Positions 13,398-23,627 of a stretch of DNA of 64,000 bases are shown one piece after another. The stretch lies in the NCBI RefSeq assembly GCF_006345805.1, contig NC_043008.1:14012001-14076000 (forward strand), written 5' to 3'. Origin of the DNA: Octopus sinensis (lineage: Eukaryota). Position numbers and translations under genes: made by a program. How positions within the stretch are numbered: position 1 is the first letter of the stretch; each line of letters opens with the position of its first letter. Below the pieces are notes generated by a model that worked only from the letters and a program-made list of their open reading frames with translations, made no database searches and had not been told where the DNA came from.

Positions 13398-13970
13398 CAC
13401 ACACTCTTATGCATACTAATACATACTAATACATACACCAACCCTATACATACACACGTCCAGACCCCTCCTACGCACTAATAGCTGGTCATTCAACCCT
13501 ATTATCAACCCTATTATCTCCCCTTATTTCGCTCTCGCGTCTCATGTTTGATCTTTGACCTCTGGCCGAAATCAGATCGCCATGTTGATTCGTTAGTTAC
13601 CGCACGCATTTTTTTTCTCTCCTTCTTTCTGTGTTTTTTTTCTCTCTGTGTATCTTTCTGTTGAAGAGCGTAGGCTTGAAACGTTAAAGACTTGTTTTAT
13701 TTATATTTCCTGAGCGCCATACTAATACAATTGTTTGTTTGTTTTCCACCTGCCTTCGTCTTTTGTCTATTTTCATAAAGCTTCCCGTTATATATATATA
13801 TATATATATATATATACGACAGTCTCTCAGTTTCCGTCTACCAAATCTTCTCACAAGGATTTGGTCGATCCGAATCTTTAGTAGAAAACAGCTGCGCCAC
13901 GCAGTAGAACTAAATCCGGATCCAGTTGGTTAGGAAGCTTGCTTCTTACCACACACCAACGCCTACGCCT
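13143..13970 (-). mobile_element. SINE family B split by a nested insertion in its central (TA)n
   Basis: The 3' half is at 13143-13345 and the 5' half at 13816-13970, in the same orientation. The intervening 13400-13790 is unrelated sequence. Confidence 0.8.
13400..13790 (+). mobile_element. Non-coding repeat, probable Penelope-like (PLE) terminal fragment
   Basis: Homologous to the reverse complement of 16178-16760 (shared GAAGAGCGTAGGCTYGAAAYGTTAAAGACTT...ATACTAATACA) and ends in (TA)n. The PLE assignment is inference from the ribozyme-like TGAAGA..GAAAC motif. Confidence 0.5.
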
Positions 13971-14018
13971 ATATATACTTATATTCATTCATTCACTAAT
14001 ACATACACACACATATAT

Positions 14019-14069
<51 letters not shown>

Positions 14070-14074
14070 TACAT

Positions 14075-14455
14075 AATATTATTAAAACTTTTTATGTATT
14101 GGATTAAGTCTTTCTTTGTTTGATTGCATAATAGTGGTTTTGTCTCTAATTAATATTATATATATATATATATAATATTAATTAGAGAAGTCATACTTCA
14201 TAACATTAAAATTGAATAGAAGATATGAAATCCACCTGATGAATGTCATTTGAAGACAGGAAACAATTGTAGTGGCGATTTATTTACTTTATATTAAAAT
14301 TTTTTTATGTATTGTTTAAGTCTTTCCTTGTTTGATTTGCAAAATAGTGGTTTTGTCTCTAATTAATATTATATAATATTTTACTATAAAATTGGATTCA
14401 ATCCTAAATCTGATTTTTCCCTGTAAATTTGGATTTATTCCCTAATATTTATTAT

Positions 14456-14460
<5 letters not shown>
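14075..14460 (+). mobile_element. Family D element: direct-repeat arms flanking a hammerhead ribozyme
   Basis: 14075-14160 and 14290-14375 are direct repeats (TTTTATGTATTG..TAAGTCTTTC..GTGGTTTTGTCTCTAATTAATATTATA). The HHR lies between them and the element is bounded by (TA)n. Confidence 0.75.
14228..14281 (+). ncRNA. Type I hammerhead ribozyme (minimal, palindromic stem III)
   Basis: Stem I is AAAT-CCAC/GTGG-(CG)-ATTT, the core CTGATGA is at 14236-14242, stem II is TGTC/GACA with an A.G closing mismatch, GAAA is at 14260-14263, stem III is the palindrome ACAATTGT and the cleavage triplet GUA is at 14269-14271. Confidence 0.75.
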
Positions 14461-14538
<78 letters not shown>

Positions 14539-14654
14539 ACTAATTTACGGATTCAATCGCCTACATAGATTTAGCCTGTGCTCATTTTGTCCCCCACTAT
14601 TTGATGTCGCATGGTCAAAGGTGTAGGTAGGTTGCATTTGATAACTCTAACGAA

Positions 14655-14719
14655 GATAGTGCTGAAGAAAGACATGAGGTAATTTTTCTCACCTCCGATC
14701 TAGAAACATAATCACTATT
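14655..14719 (+). ncRNA. Decayed type I hammerhead ribozyme
   Basis: 7-bp stem I GATAGTG/CACTATT, intact CTGAAGA at 14662-14668, interrupted stem II (AGA/TCT plus GAGGT/ACCTC) and GAAAC at 14703-14707. The NUH triplet is mutated (CATAAT). Confidence 0.55.
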
Positions 14720-15151
14720 AACGGTAAGGCAATGCTTTCGTTTAATTATTCCTCATATGTTGCATATGTGAATTGCAGGGTTATGCAAAGGTCATATTTA
14801 CATACCGAATATGGAGCCCAACCTGTAGAAAATGGAGATAAACAGTCATTGACTGCCATTTCTAATTATTTCGGTATGCGGCAGAGCAACATGTTACCTG
14901 GCCCTCCACTTACATACTATATATACAGAACTTCACAGAAGTTCCCAAAGGTCATATTTACATACCGAATTTTACCGGTAAATAATTGTTGGTTGTCTGA
15001 AAAAACCATCGAAATAATTATTTGCCCCCATTATTATATTTATACATGCATATATATATATATATCAATAATTGAGGGTAAAATTAATTAATAAATCAAT
15101 TTCACCAAGTGTTCAGTATGTAAAAGGAAAATATCACGAGTACATAGATCG

Positions 15152-15214
15152 TTTGAGTACGTCAACGTTTCAAGATTAGCCAAATAAAATCAGCATTTCT
15201 TTCGTCAGCTCAAA
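15152..15214 (-). ncRNA. Type I hammerhead ribozyme
   Basis: The minus strand reads TTTGAG CTGACGA AAGA..(GCTGA/TTGGC)..TCTT GAAA CGT-TG-AC GTA CTCAAA. It has a perfect 6-bp stem I, an intact core, a 4-bp stem II plus extension, stem III ACGT-TG-ACGT and a GUA triplet. Confidence 0.85.
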
Positions 15215-15720
15215 ATGTCTTAATTTGGATTTGGAAACACTAAAAAGAAGGAATTTTACCTATCATCGAACTTGTCGCTTCAGATGAACCACTCCAACTA
15301 AACAGTGTCAACAAATTCAAAATGCACAGGCGTAAAATTCTGCACTCCCCATTCCACCCACGTGGTCTATCTAGCAAACATTATATTTTAACCGCGAGAA
15401 CTGAGGCAGTTATGACCGAGAGAAATGAATTATAATATCAACAATTGAGGGTAAAATTAATTAATTAATCAATTTCACCAAGTGTTCAGTATGTAAAAGG
15501 ACCATTTAAGGCGAATTCAAAATATTACATTATATAATTAGGGCTTAGTAAAATAAATTACTTTGCCACATACTGAACTTAGTAGAAATAGCAGCCAAAA
15601 AAAAATTTTTTCTTAGCATTTCTACTACTTAAAGAAAATTTCTCTCAGATAATGTTTACTCCAGACAGCTCACGAAGGTTTGGGGGTAAATACAGAAAAA
15701 TATCACTAGTACATAGATCG

Positions 15721-15783
15721 TTTGAGTACGTCAACGTTTCAAGATTAGCCAAATAAAATCAGCATTTCTTTCGTCAGCTCAAA
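15721..15783 (-). ncRNA. Type I hammerhead ribozyme (identical second copy)
   Basis: The sequence is identical to 15152-15214. Confidence 0.85.
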
Positions 15784-16132
15784 ATTTCTTAATTTTCAGA
15801 TGAAACAGTGTCAACAAATTCAAAATGCGCAGGCGTAAAATTCTGCACTCCCCATTTAGTTGGAGTGGTTCATCTGAAGCGACAAGTTCGATGATAGGTA
15901 AAGTTCCTTCTTTTTAGTGTTTCCAAATCCAAATTAAGAAATTTTTCTGTATTTACCCCCAAACCTTCGTGAGCTGTCTGGAGTAAACATTATCTGAGAG
16001 AAATTTTCTTTAAGTAGTAGAAATGCTAAGAAAAACTTTTTTTTGCTGCTATTTCTACCAAGTTCAGTATGTGGCAAAGTAATTTATTTTACTAAGCCCT
16101 AATTATATAATATTATATATATATATATATAT

Positions 16133-16177
<45 letters not shown>

Positions 16178-16178
<1 letters not shown>

Positions 16179-16760
16179 GAGAATTCACATAAAATCAAAA
16201 GATGAAGACATCTGCTGCAGACACCAAACAAATGTATTAGTATAACGCTCGGGAAGTGAAAAAAGTCTTTAACATTTCGAGCCTACGCTCTTCTACGGAA
16301 AGGAACACAGAAAGAAACAAGGAGACAAAATAAAGAATGTTTGGTGGATACCGATCTATTATAGCGAATGCCGGACAGAAGGGTCACACCGGAGAGCTAG
16401 GGAGAAGGAGATATAATAAAGTAGTGGTAACCCCAAAAAGAAGGTGAACGTGCGTATGTGTAAGAGATTTTGTATGTGCGTGTGGAACATGGCTGGTGAT
16501 CTTGACCTGCTTGTGTGTATGTGTAGGTGTGAAAATGTAGATCTGGGAGGTGGTCAGTGCTGGTGTGTGGTGTGGTGTGATGGTGTTGGGAGGTGGGAGA
16601 GGCGAGAGTGGGGAAAGCAAGGGTGGGGTGTGGGTTAGGCTGAGGGTGGTGGTAGATGTGCGGTATGCCTGTTGGCGGAGGGGTGGGGTAGAAGTGGAGT
16701 ATGTGGAATGGGGTGGGGCGAGATGGGGAAGTATAGAGAAGGGGAGGGATGTGTAGGGGT
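16178..16760 (-). mobile_element. Non-coding repeat, probable PLE terminal fragment (inverted relative to 13400-13790)
   Basis: The reverse complement contains GTAGAAGAGCGTAGGCTCGAAATGTTAAAGACTTTT...TTATACTAATACATTTGTTTG and abuts (TA)n. Confidence 0.5.
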
Positions 16761-17744
16761 GGTGTGGGCTTATGAATGAGAACAAAGCGTTTACATTCGT
16801 GCTGCTATTCATAAAAAAATAAGATGGACAGACAACAGTGTATAGCGTGCCACGTATTTCCAAGCCGTCATTCAGACCTTAAAATACAATATAGCTGCTC
16901 TTTGAGAAGAACATAAAATAAAAAGAAGAAGCAAGAAGTAATTACCTGTCTATTGCTTTCTCTGTCTGCCAACCTTTCTAACCTCTTCCCTTAATACCGA
17001 TCTTTTTATCGCTTTCTCTGTTTACATAACTTTCTTTCATCGTTTGCATTCATTTCTAGCTTTTTTTCTTTCTATCCCTCAATCATTCCTCCGTCTTTTT
17101 ATGTCCATCTGCCTATCCATGTATCGCTCTACTTTAGTATCGATTTCTTTCTTCGATTCTTTCCTTCGTACACACTTTTAATTGTCTGTGCAACAGATTC
17201 CTCCCCACTCACTTTCTTTCTCACTCTTTTTCCACCCCACTCTCTGTATCTCTCTTTCTCTCAAATCTCCTGAAGGCTTTCATTTTTTCTCCTTAAAGAA
17301 GACAACACAATATCTTCCACTTCCTGTTTCGCATGCTAATCATTCTGTTTTGGATTGACTTTTCAACTGATCAAACCCCTCTTTTCCAAATCTCTCTTTA
17401 TGTAATTCTAATTTTGTCTCCTTAAGCCTGAAAACGCACACTAACTTCCTATTAATGTTACTTCACACGTGTTTTCATTATGTCGGCAAGTCGGAAGACA
17501 TTTTATGCACACGCATATTCGTTTCTCTCGTTTTCTATTTCCCCGTTCTCTTCACAACTCGTCTTTATTTACTGCTCGTTTCACAGACACGATTTTTGTT
17601 ATTACTATCCTTGGCTATATACCTGTTTCGCTTCCCCTTCTCTCGTCCTCCGCATAACTCATTCAAAGAGCATATTCTGTTACTGTTCTTTCTCAGCATG
17701 TTTCCCTTCTTTCTGTAGGCGTGGCTACAGGCAGAAGCATTACT

Positions 17745-18555
17745 AATGGCGCAGGCGCAGGCGTGTGGTAAGAAGTATACTTCCTAAGGCGGTGAGCCGG
17801 CAAAAGCGTTAGCACGCCGGGCGAAATGCATATCAGTATTTCGTCTGCCGTTACGTTCTGAGTTCAAATTCCGCCGAGGTCGACTTTGCCTTTCATCCTT
17901 TCGGGGTCGATAAATTCAGTACCAGCTACACACTGGAGTCGATGTAATCGACTTAATCCCTTTGTCTGTCCTTGTTTGTCCTCTCTGTGCTTAGCCCCTT
18001 GTGGTTAGTAAATAAATAGGTATTTCGTCTGCCGTTACATTCGCAGTTCAAATTCTGCCGAGGTCGACTTTGCCTTTCATCCTTTCGAGGTCGATAAATT
18101 AAGTACCAGTTACACACTGGAGTCGATGTAATCGACTTAATCTCTTTGTCTACCTTGTTTGTCCCCTTTATGTTTAGCCCTTTGTGGACAATAAAGAATT
18201 AAGAAGTATGCTTCCATATCACAATATTGCGGGGTCAATCCCACTCCGTGGTAACTTTGTCTACCGTCTTCTAATATAGCACCAGACCAGTCAACAGCAT
18301 GACAGTGGATTTGCTACGCGAAAACTGAAAGAACACTGACGTATATACATGTGTGTGTGCGCGTGTGTGTGTGTGTCCATGCTTGTCTGTCCCCACCACA
18401 ACTTTAGAACCAATGTTGCAATGTTTACGTCCCCTAAATTTAGCGATTCAGTAAAAGAGTCAGTCAGAATAACAATTTATTTAAAACTAAGTACTAGGTT
18501 CGATTCGTTCGACTGTAAGTTCACCAGGCAGCGCCCCAGGATGGCCATAGTTAAA
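17745..18555 (+). mobile_element. Old SINE family B copy interrupted by a family C insertion
   Basis: The head GGCGCAGGCGTGTGGTAAGAAGTATACTTCC is at 17745-17785. The family B body resumes at 18200 and continues through the tail at about 18555. Confidence 0.7.
17786..18199 (+). mobile_element. Dimeric SINE family C with 16-bp target-site duplication
   Basis: Head AAGGCGGTGAGCCGGCAAAAGCGTTAGCACGCCGGGCGAAATGC plus two body units. It is flanked by TAAGAAGTATACTTCC (17769-17784) and TAAGAAGTATGCTTCC (18200-18215). Confidence 0.9.
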
Positions 18556-18744
18556 ATATTGAAACAAGTAAAAAATAATTGATAAGATATTATCCGTCTA
18601 TCCAGTCCGATCATACCGCAGTAGTTCAAGCCGCAGATACAGCTAAATTGAACAAATTGTAGAGAGTATCGAAACTTTCATGAGGTTTAGTGCACAACTA
18701 ATGAGGATTTTGATAGTGTTTCTGTTCATTCTATGTTTCTTTTC

Positions 18745-19126
18745 TAAAAAATATCATTGTCTCTCATGCTGGAGCACGGCTTTTAATGCTTTTAGTCGAA
18801 TAAATCGACCCCAAAACTTACTATTTCTAAGCATAGTACTTATTCTATCGGGCTCTTTTGCTGAACCGCTATATAACAGGGATCTAAACAGATCACCACC
18901 AGGTGTCGAGCGAAGGTAGGGGAACAAACACAGACACAGACGTATATATATATATATATATGCATGAGACGGTTTTCTTTCAGTTTCCGTCTACGAAATC
19001 CTTTCACAAGTCTTTGGTCGATCCGAGACTATAGTAGAAGATATTTGCCGAAGGTGCCACACAGTGGGACTGAAACTAGATCCATGTGGTTAGGAAGCAA
19101 GCTTCTCACTACACAACCAAGCTTAC

Positions 19127-19130
<4 letters not shown>
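18745..19130 (-). mobile_element. SINE family B
   Basis: Reverse complement of the family B tail, central (TA)n and head. Confidence 0.85.
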
Positions 19131-19167
<37 letters not shown>

Positions 19168-20175
19168 GCATACAGGGAGAGAGAGAGAGGAGGGGGAGGA
19201 GGAGGAGGAGGAGGAGAGGAAGAGAGAGATATGGTAATGAATATATATATAAATGAATTTTCATACGTATGGATGTGTATTATATAAATAAATGTTTGTG
19301 TGTGTGACACAGTGTTTGTATGCATATATGTTTGTATGTACGTGTGCGCACATGTCTGTGGTATGCATGAGACCGAAATACACCAACACACATTCCCTGT
19401 CGCCCACACACCTCGCATACATACGCAAAGGATAAATGAACTCTTGCATACAGCTATAAAACAAATCGTAAATTCTTTTATAACCAGTTGAAAAGATTGT
19501 AAAATAATAACCTACCTATCAATCAATGTCTGTTTTATTTTCATTTTCTGTTTATATCTACAATACCGAATAAGAAAAACCAATAACAAATATATCTAAA
19601 AAAAAAAGTACGTTAAAATTACCGAAAAAATTCGAGAAACATTGATTAAATACGTAAAGTAAATACAATGCAAAACCAAATAAGTGATGATAAAAAAAAA
19701 AAGGCATACAGAAAAAAGATAAACCTGAAGTTTATTGTTCCAGTTGTATTTGAAAATAGAGGGAAAATGGAGATAATTGAATGATTTATATTCCTCTATT
19801 GAGCAACATTAATATTGCATGTCTGTCATCTGGCAGTGGTGACATATCAAGGATATTTCTGTTATAGCATGCAGGACTGATCCTAGATATAGAATATATT
19901 AGGATTTTATTGACATCATTACGGATATTTTCCCCCACGTAGTGAGTTCTAACACCTGACCAGAATGTTATCAAATTTTACAGTAGAACCGCAAAAGATT
20001 AATTTTTAATTATCTCCATCATCCTGACTCGTGTGTGTACGTATATATATATATATATATACTTTATTCAAAGCAGCAGAAAATTTTCTGCTGCTTTGAA
20101 TAAAGCATATTACTCTACCACTGGTATTTCGGTACTCTTTTTTCCACCTTGTTTCACATTTATGTGTTTACTCGG

Positions 20176-20206
<31 letters not shown>

Positions 20207-20284
20207 ATATATATACGGAAGGAGAGAGAGAGACAGAATGAGAGATAGGGAGAAGGAGGATAAAAATATTGTAGGCGGAGGGGA

Positions 20285-20510
20285 CGTGTGTGTGAATGTG
20301 ACTGTATTTGTCATCCCAAGGCCGTTTCACAAACGGTTTTGGTGTGTTTAATTCAACTTAACTTAACGGTTCGTCCAAAGAAGCGATAGGATAAGCCCTA
20401 AGCTTTCAAAAAAGAAGTCCTGGGATCGATTTGTTCGACTGAAAAAATCCCTTCATTGTGGCATTCCAGCATGTTCGCAGTTAAATTATCGAAACCAATA
20501 ACAAATATAA
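20285..20510 (+). mobile_element. SINE family B, diverged 3' half
   Basis: GGTGTGTTTAATTCAACTTAACTTAACGGTTCG...GTCCTGGGATCGATTTGTTCGACT...CCAGCATG. Confidence 0.75.
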
Positions 20511-20512
20511 GA

Positions 20513-20573
<61 letters not shown>

Positions 20574-20574
20574 C

Positions 20575-20948
20575 TCTCTGTTCTCTTTTTCTTGTTTCAG
20601 TCATTTGACTATGGCCATGCTGGAGCAGCGCTTTTAGTCGAGTATTCTTTGTAAGCCTAGTACTTATTCTACCGGTCTCTTTTGCCGAAGTGCTAAGTTA
20701 CGGGGATGTAAACACACCAGCATCGGTTGTCAAGCGATGTTGGAGGACAAACACAGACACACAAACATATACTCACACATATATATACGACGGGCTTCTT
20801 TCAGTTTCCGTCTACCAAATCCATTCACAAGGCTTTGGTCGGCCCAACTCTATAGTAGAAAACACTTGCCCAAGGTGCCACACATTGGACTGAACCCGGA
20901 ACCATATGGTTGGTAAGCAAGATACTTACCAGACAGCCACTCTTAGGC
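20575..20948 (-). mobile_element. SINE family B
   Basis: Reverse complement of the full element; tail-to-tail with 20285-20510. Confidence 0.9.
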
Positions 20949-20966
20949 ATATATATATGTGTGTGT

Positions 20967-21005
<39 letters not shown>

Positions 21006-21674
21006 GTATATATTAGTATTACTTTAATGTGGTTGTCTCCTAAGTGGCGACATTATCGCCATTTAACCCCAGGAAGGCATCTCCAGCTGTTTTATTCAGT
21101 GCGCTACTCGCACCTTATATTTATTGCATGTGGAAGACATCTGCTGCTACCCTAACATCGGATTTGCATTTCCTCCGTTCGAGATCGATAAAATAAGTAC
21201 CAGTTGAATACTAGGGAAGACGTAATCTACTTAAACCCATCTTGACCTTGTGCAAAATTTTAAGACCGATATTTTATGCCCAAAAATGTCAGCGAGCGAC
21301 CAGAATCGTTAGTACACCTAACAAAACACATAGCGGCCTTTCGTTCGATTTCAAGTTCTGGGTACTAATTCCATCGACATACACCTAGATTTTCATCCCT
21401 TCGGGCTCCCTAAAATATATGCTAGATGAGAACTGGAATCAATGTAAAGAGATTTATTCATTTTCCCGAAATTACTGACTTTGAGCCAAGATTTGACACA
21501 AATGTTTTGTCTCGAAGAATATTCAGTTTTTTTTGCTTCAATGGCAAAATGTATAGCGAATAAACGTATAACAAATGTCTTGTCTATAAAAAGCAACGAT
21601 GAATTCTCTAATTTAATGTTAAATTGCTCTTATTATAATCCGACAGAAAAACTAAACATTAACACGTAAAACTG

Positions 21675-21682
21675 TATATATA

Positions 21683-21750
<68 letters not shown>

Positions 21751-21788
21751 AATATATATATATATATGTATATAAATATATATAATAT

Positions 21789-21837
<49 letters not shown>

Positions 21838-21900
21838 TATATATATACATATAATATATATATATATATATACGTATGCATATATATACGTATGTAAATG
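21675..21900. repeat. (TA)n microsatellite
   Basis: Read directly from the sequence. Confidence 0.95.
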
Positions 21901-22276
21901 TGTGTACGTGTGTGGTGGGATGAACGACTATGTGCGTGTGTACAGTATAACAATTTCCCATCTATGTTGCGTAAGTAATAAATAACTATTGGACAAATTT
22001 CCGGAAACTGTCTCAGCAAGAATTTAGCAAAATATCGTCCATTTATGTAGGACGACTAGGAAATTTATTCTTATGACACGTTAATTAATTTCCACATTCA
22101 AACATACAACCGACTCCGTGGTATCTACGAAGTGTATAAAGAGATAGAACGTCTTATATTTAAACAAAGATACATATGTATATAGGTTAGTTTGTACGCA
22201 ATGTGTAGTGTGTAGGTAGATAAATCTTTTCCATTAAGTGTGTCTGTATACGTATGTATGAATGTATGTATGTATG

Positions 22277-22317
<41 letters not shown>

Positions 22318-22407
22318 CAGTGTACATTTAAACACATTAAGAGGTTTCCCTCATAGGACTCCCAGACGCTAGAAGGAACAGCTAAAGTCTAAACCACAAA
22401 GTGGGGA

Positions 22408-22694
22408 TAAATTCTCGAAGAAAATGAAAATAAAAACATTTACCATCTATTTCCTGGATCATGGTTTCTGACTTATTTAACAAATGAAATAAAATAATTT
22501 GCTAGGCGAAGTCTTCGTCAACAGGTACGCCTAGATTAAGCATATAAACATATAAAATCTTTATTACTCTGATGACCTGTTGGCGAAGACTTAGCCAAGA
22601 AAATTATTCTATTTTATTAGCTGAAATAAGTCAGAAACCATGGTCCAGGAAATAGATGGTAAGTGATTTTATTTTCATTCATTTCGAGAATTTA
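22408..22694. repeat. Foldback element, about 120-bp imperfect arms
   Basis: 22408-22526 pairs with 22575-22694 (e.g. TTACCATCTATTTCCTGGATCATGGTTTCTGACTTATTT / AAATAAGTCAGAAACCATGGTCCAGGAAATAGATGGTAA). Confidence 0.9.
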
Positions 22695-22846
22695 TACCTA
22701 ATTATTGGTTTGGAATTTAGCTCTTCCATCTAGCATGAGGGATTCCTATGATGGAAACCGCTTAATGTGTTTAAATGTACACTATATTTTATATATACGT
22801 ATATATATATACATACATACATACGTATACAGAAACACTTAATGGA

Positions 22847-22878
<32 letters not shown>

Positions 22879-23627
22879 TTATATATGTGTGTATGTATGT
22901 ATGTATGTATGTATGTATGTATGTATGTATGTATGTATGTATGTATGTATGTATATATGTATATATGAGTGTGTGTATTATCAATATTGCTTAGTGTATG
23001 TGCTGTTAAAGATGCATTTATTGCAATCGCTTGAAAACAGGATATATATATATAAGACAATTTAAAAAGTCTCGTGGCAGGATCATTTTCCATCATCTAT
23101 CACTGCATGACAACGGATGATCTTCAGCTAAACAACAAATTTAATTAAAAATGCTGAGCGACATCAGAATTCTTCAGTAACCAATTCTACCTTTATCATT
23201 ACTCCTACAACGCCTCGCTCACTTCATCTTCTTTTACCAACATATCTGCCAACTCTGTACTTGGACAACCTTCAGCAAACCAATAACTTTGGTTCGCAAC
23301 AGTCTAATATTCATTTGTGTTTGCAACTCAATTAAATTTAACTGTTAATACGTTTGATATAATTTAGAAATCAAGGCATCTTTTATTTCTATCTGTTTGT
23401 GTTTTGTTTTTTCTTTTTTTGTTTTTACAGTATGTATCTATATTTAGAGACATAATTTCACTGCTTTAATTACATAATCAATTTATATTTTCGACAATTA
23501 TATAATTATCTAAATGAAATTCATCAATGTACTTTTTACACTCTAAAAAGTACACTGGTAAATTACAATAAAAATCTGAATTTTGTGTGGTTTAATATTG
23601 TTCAGTGACCCTATTTGTTATTGTTAT

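Larger units (their letters stand above)
15066..16111 (-). mobile_element. Composite non-coding element with two hammerheads and a 173-bp foldback
   Basis: Direct repeat 15066-15128/15439-15501; duplicated HHR cassette 15130-15225/15700-15795; near-perfect inverted arms 15529-15701/15941-16111; (TA)n on both sides. Confidence 0.8.

Noticed and set aside
13655-13700. TTGAAGA..GAAACGTT as a hammerhead (and its relative at 16262-16300)
   Set aside because: Stem II cannot form in register after A9, stem I does not abut the core, and the second copy lacks the core. It is kept only as a PLE-like hint.
14997-15030. CTGAAAA..GAAATAATTATT HHR-like string
   Set aside because: G8 is mutated, and there is no stem II and no stem I.
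19786-19974. 62-aa ORF in unique sequence (also 21481-21669, 46599-46814, 57597-57785)
   Set aside because: The length is compatible with chance, with no recognisable motif and no paired splice sites.
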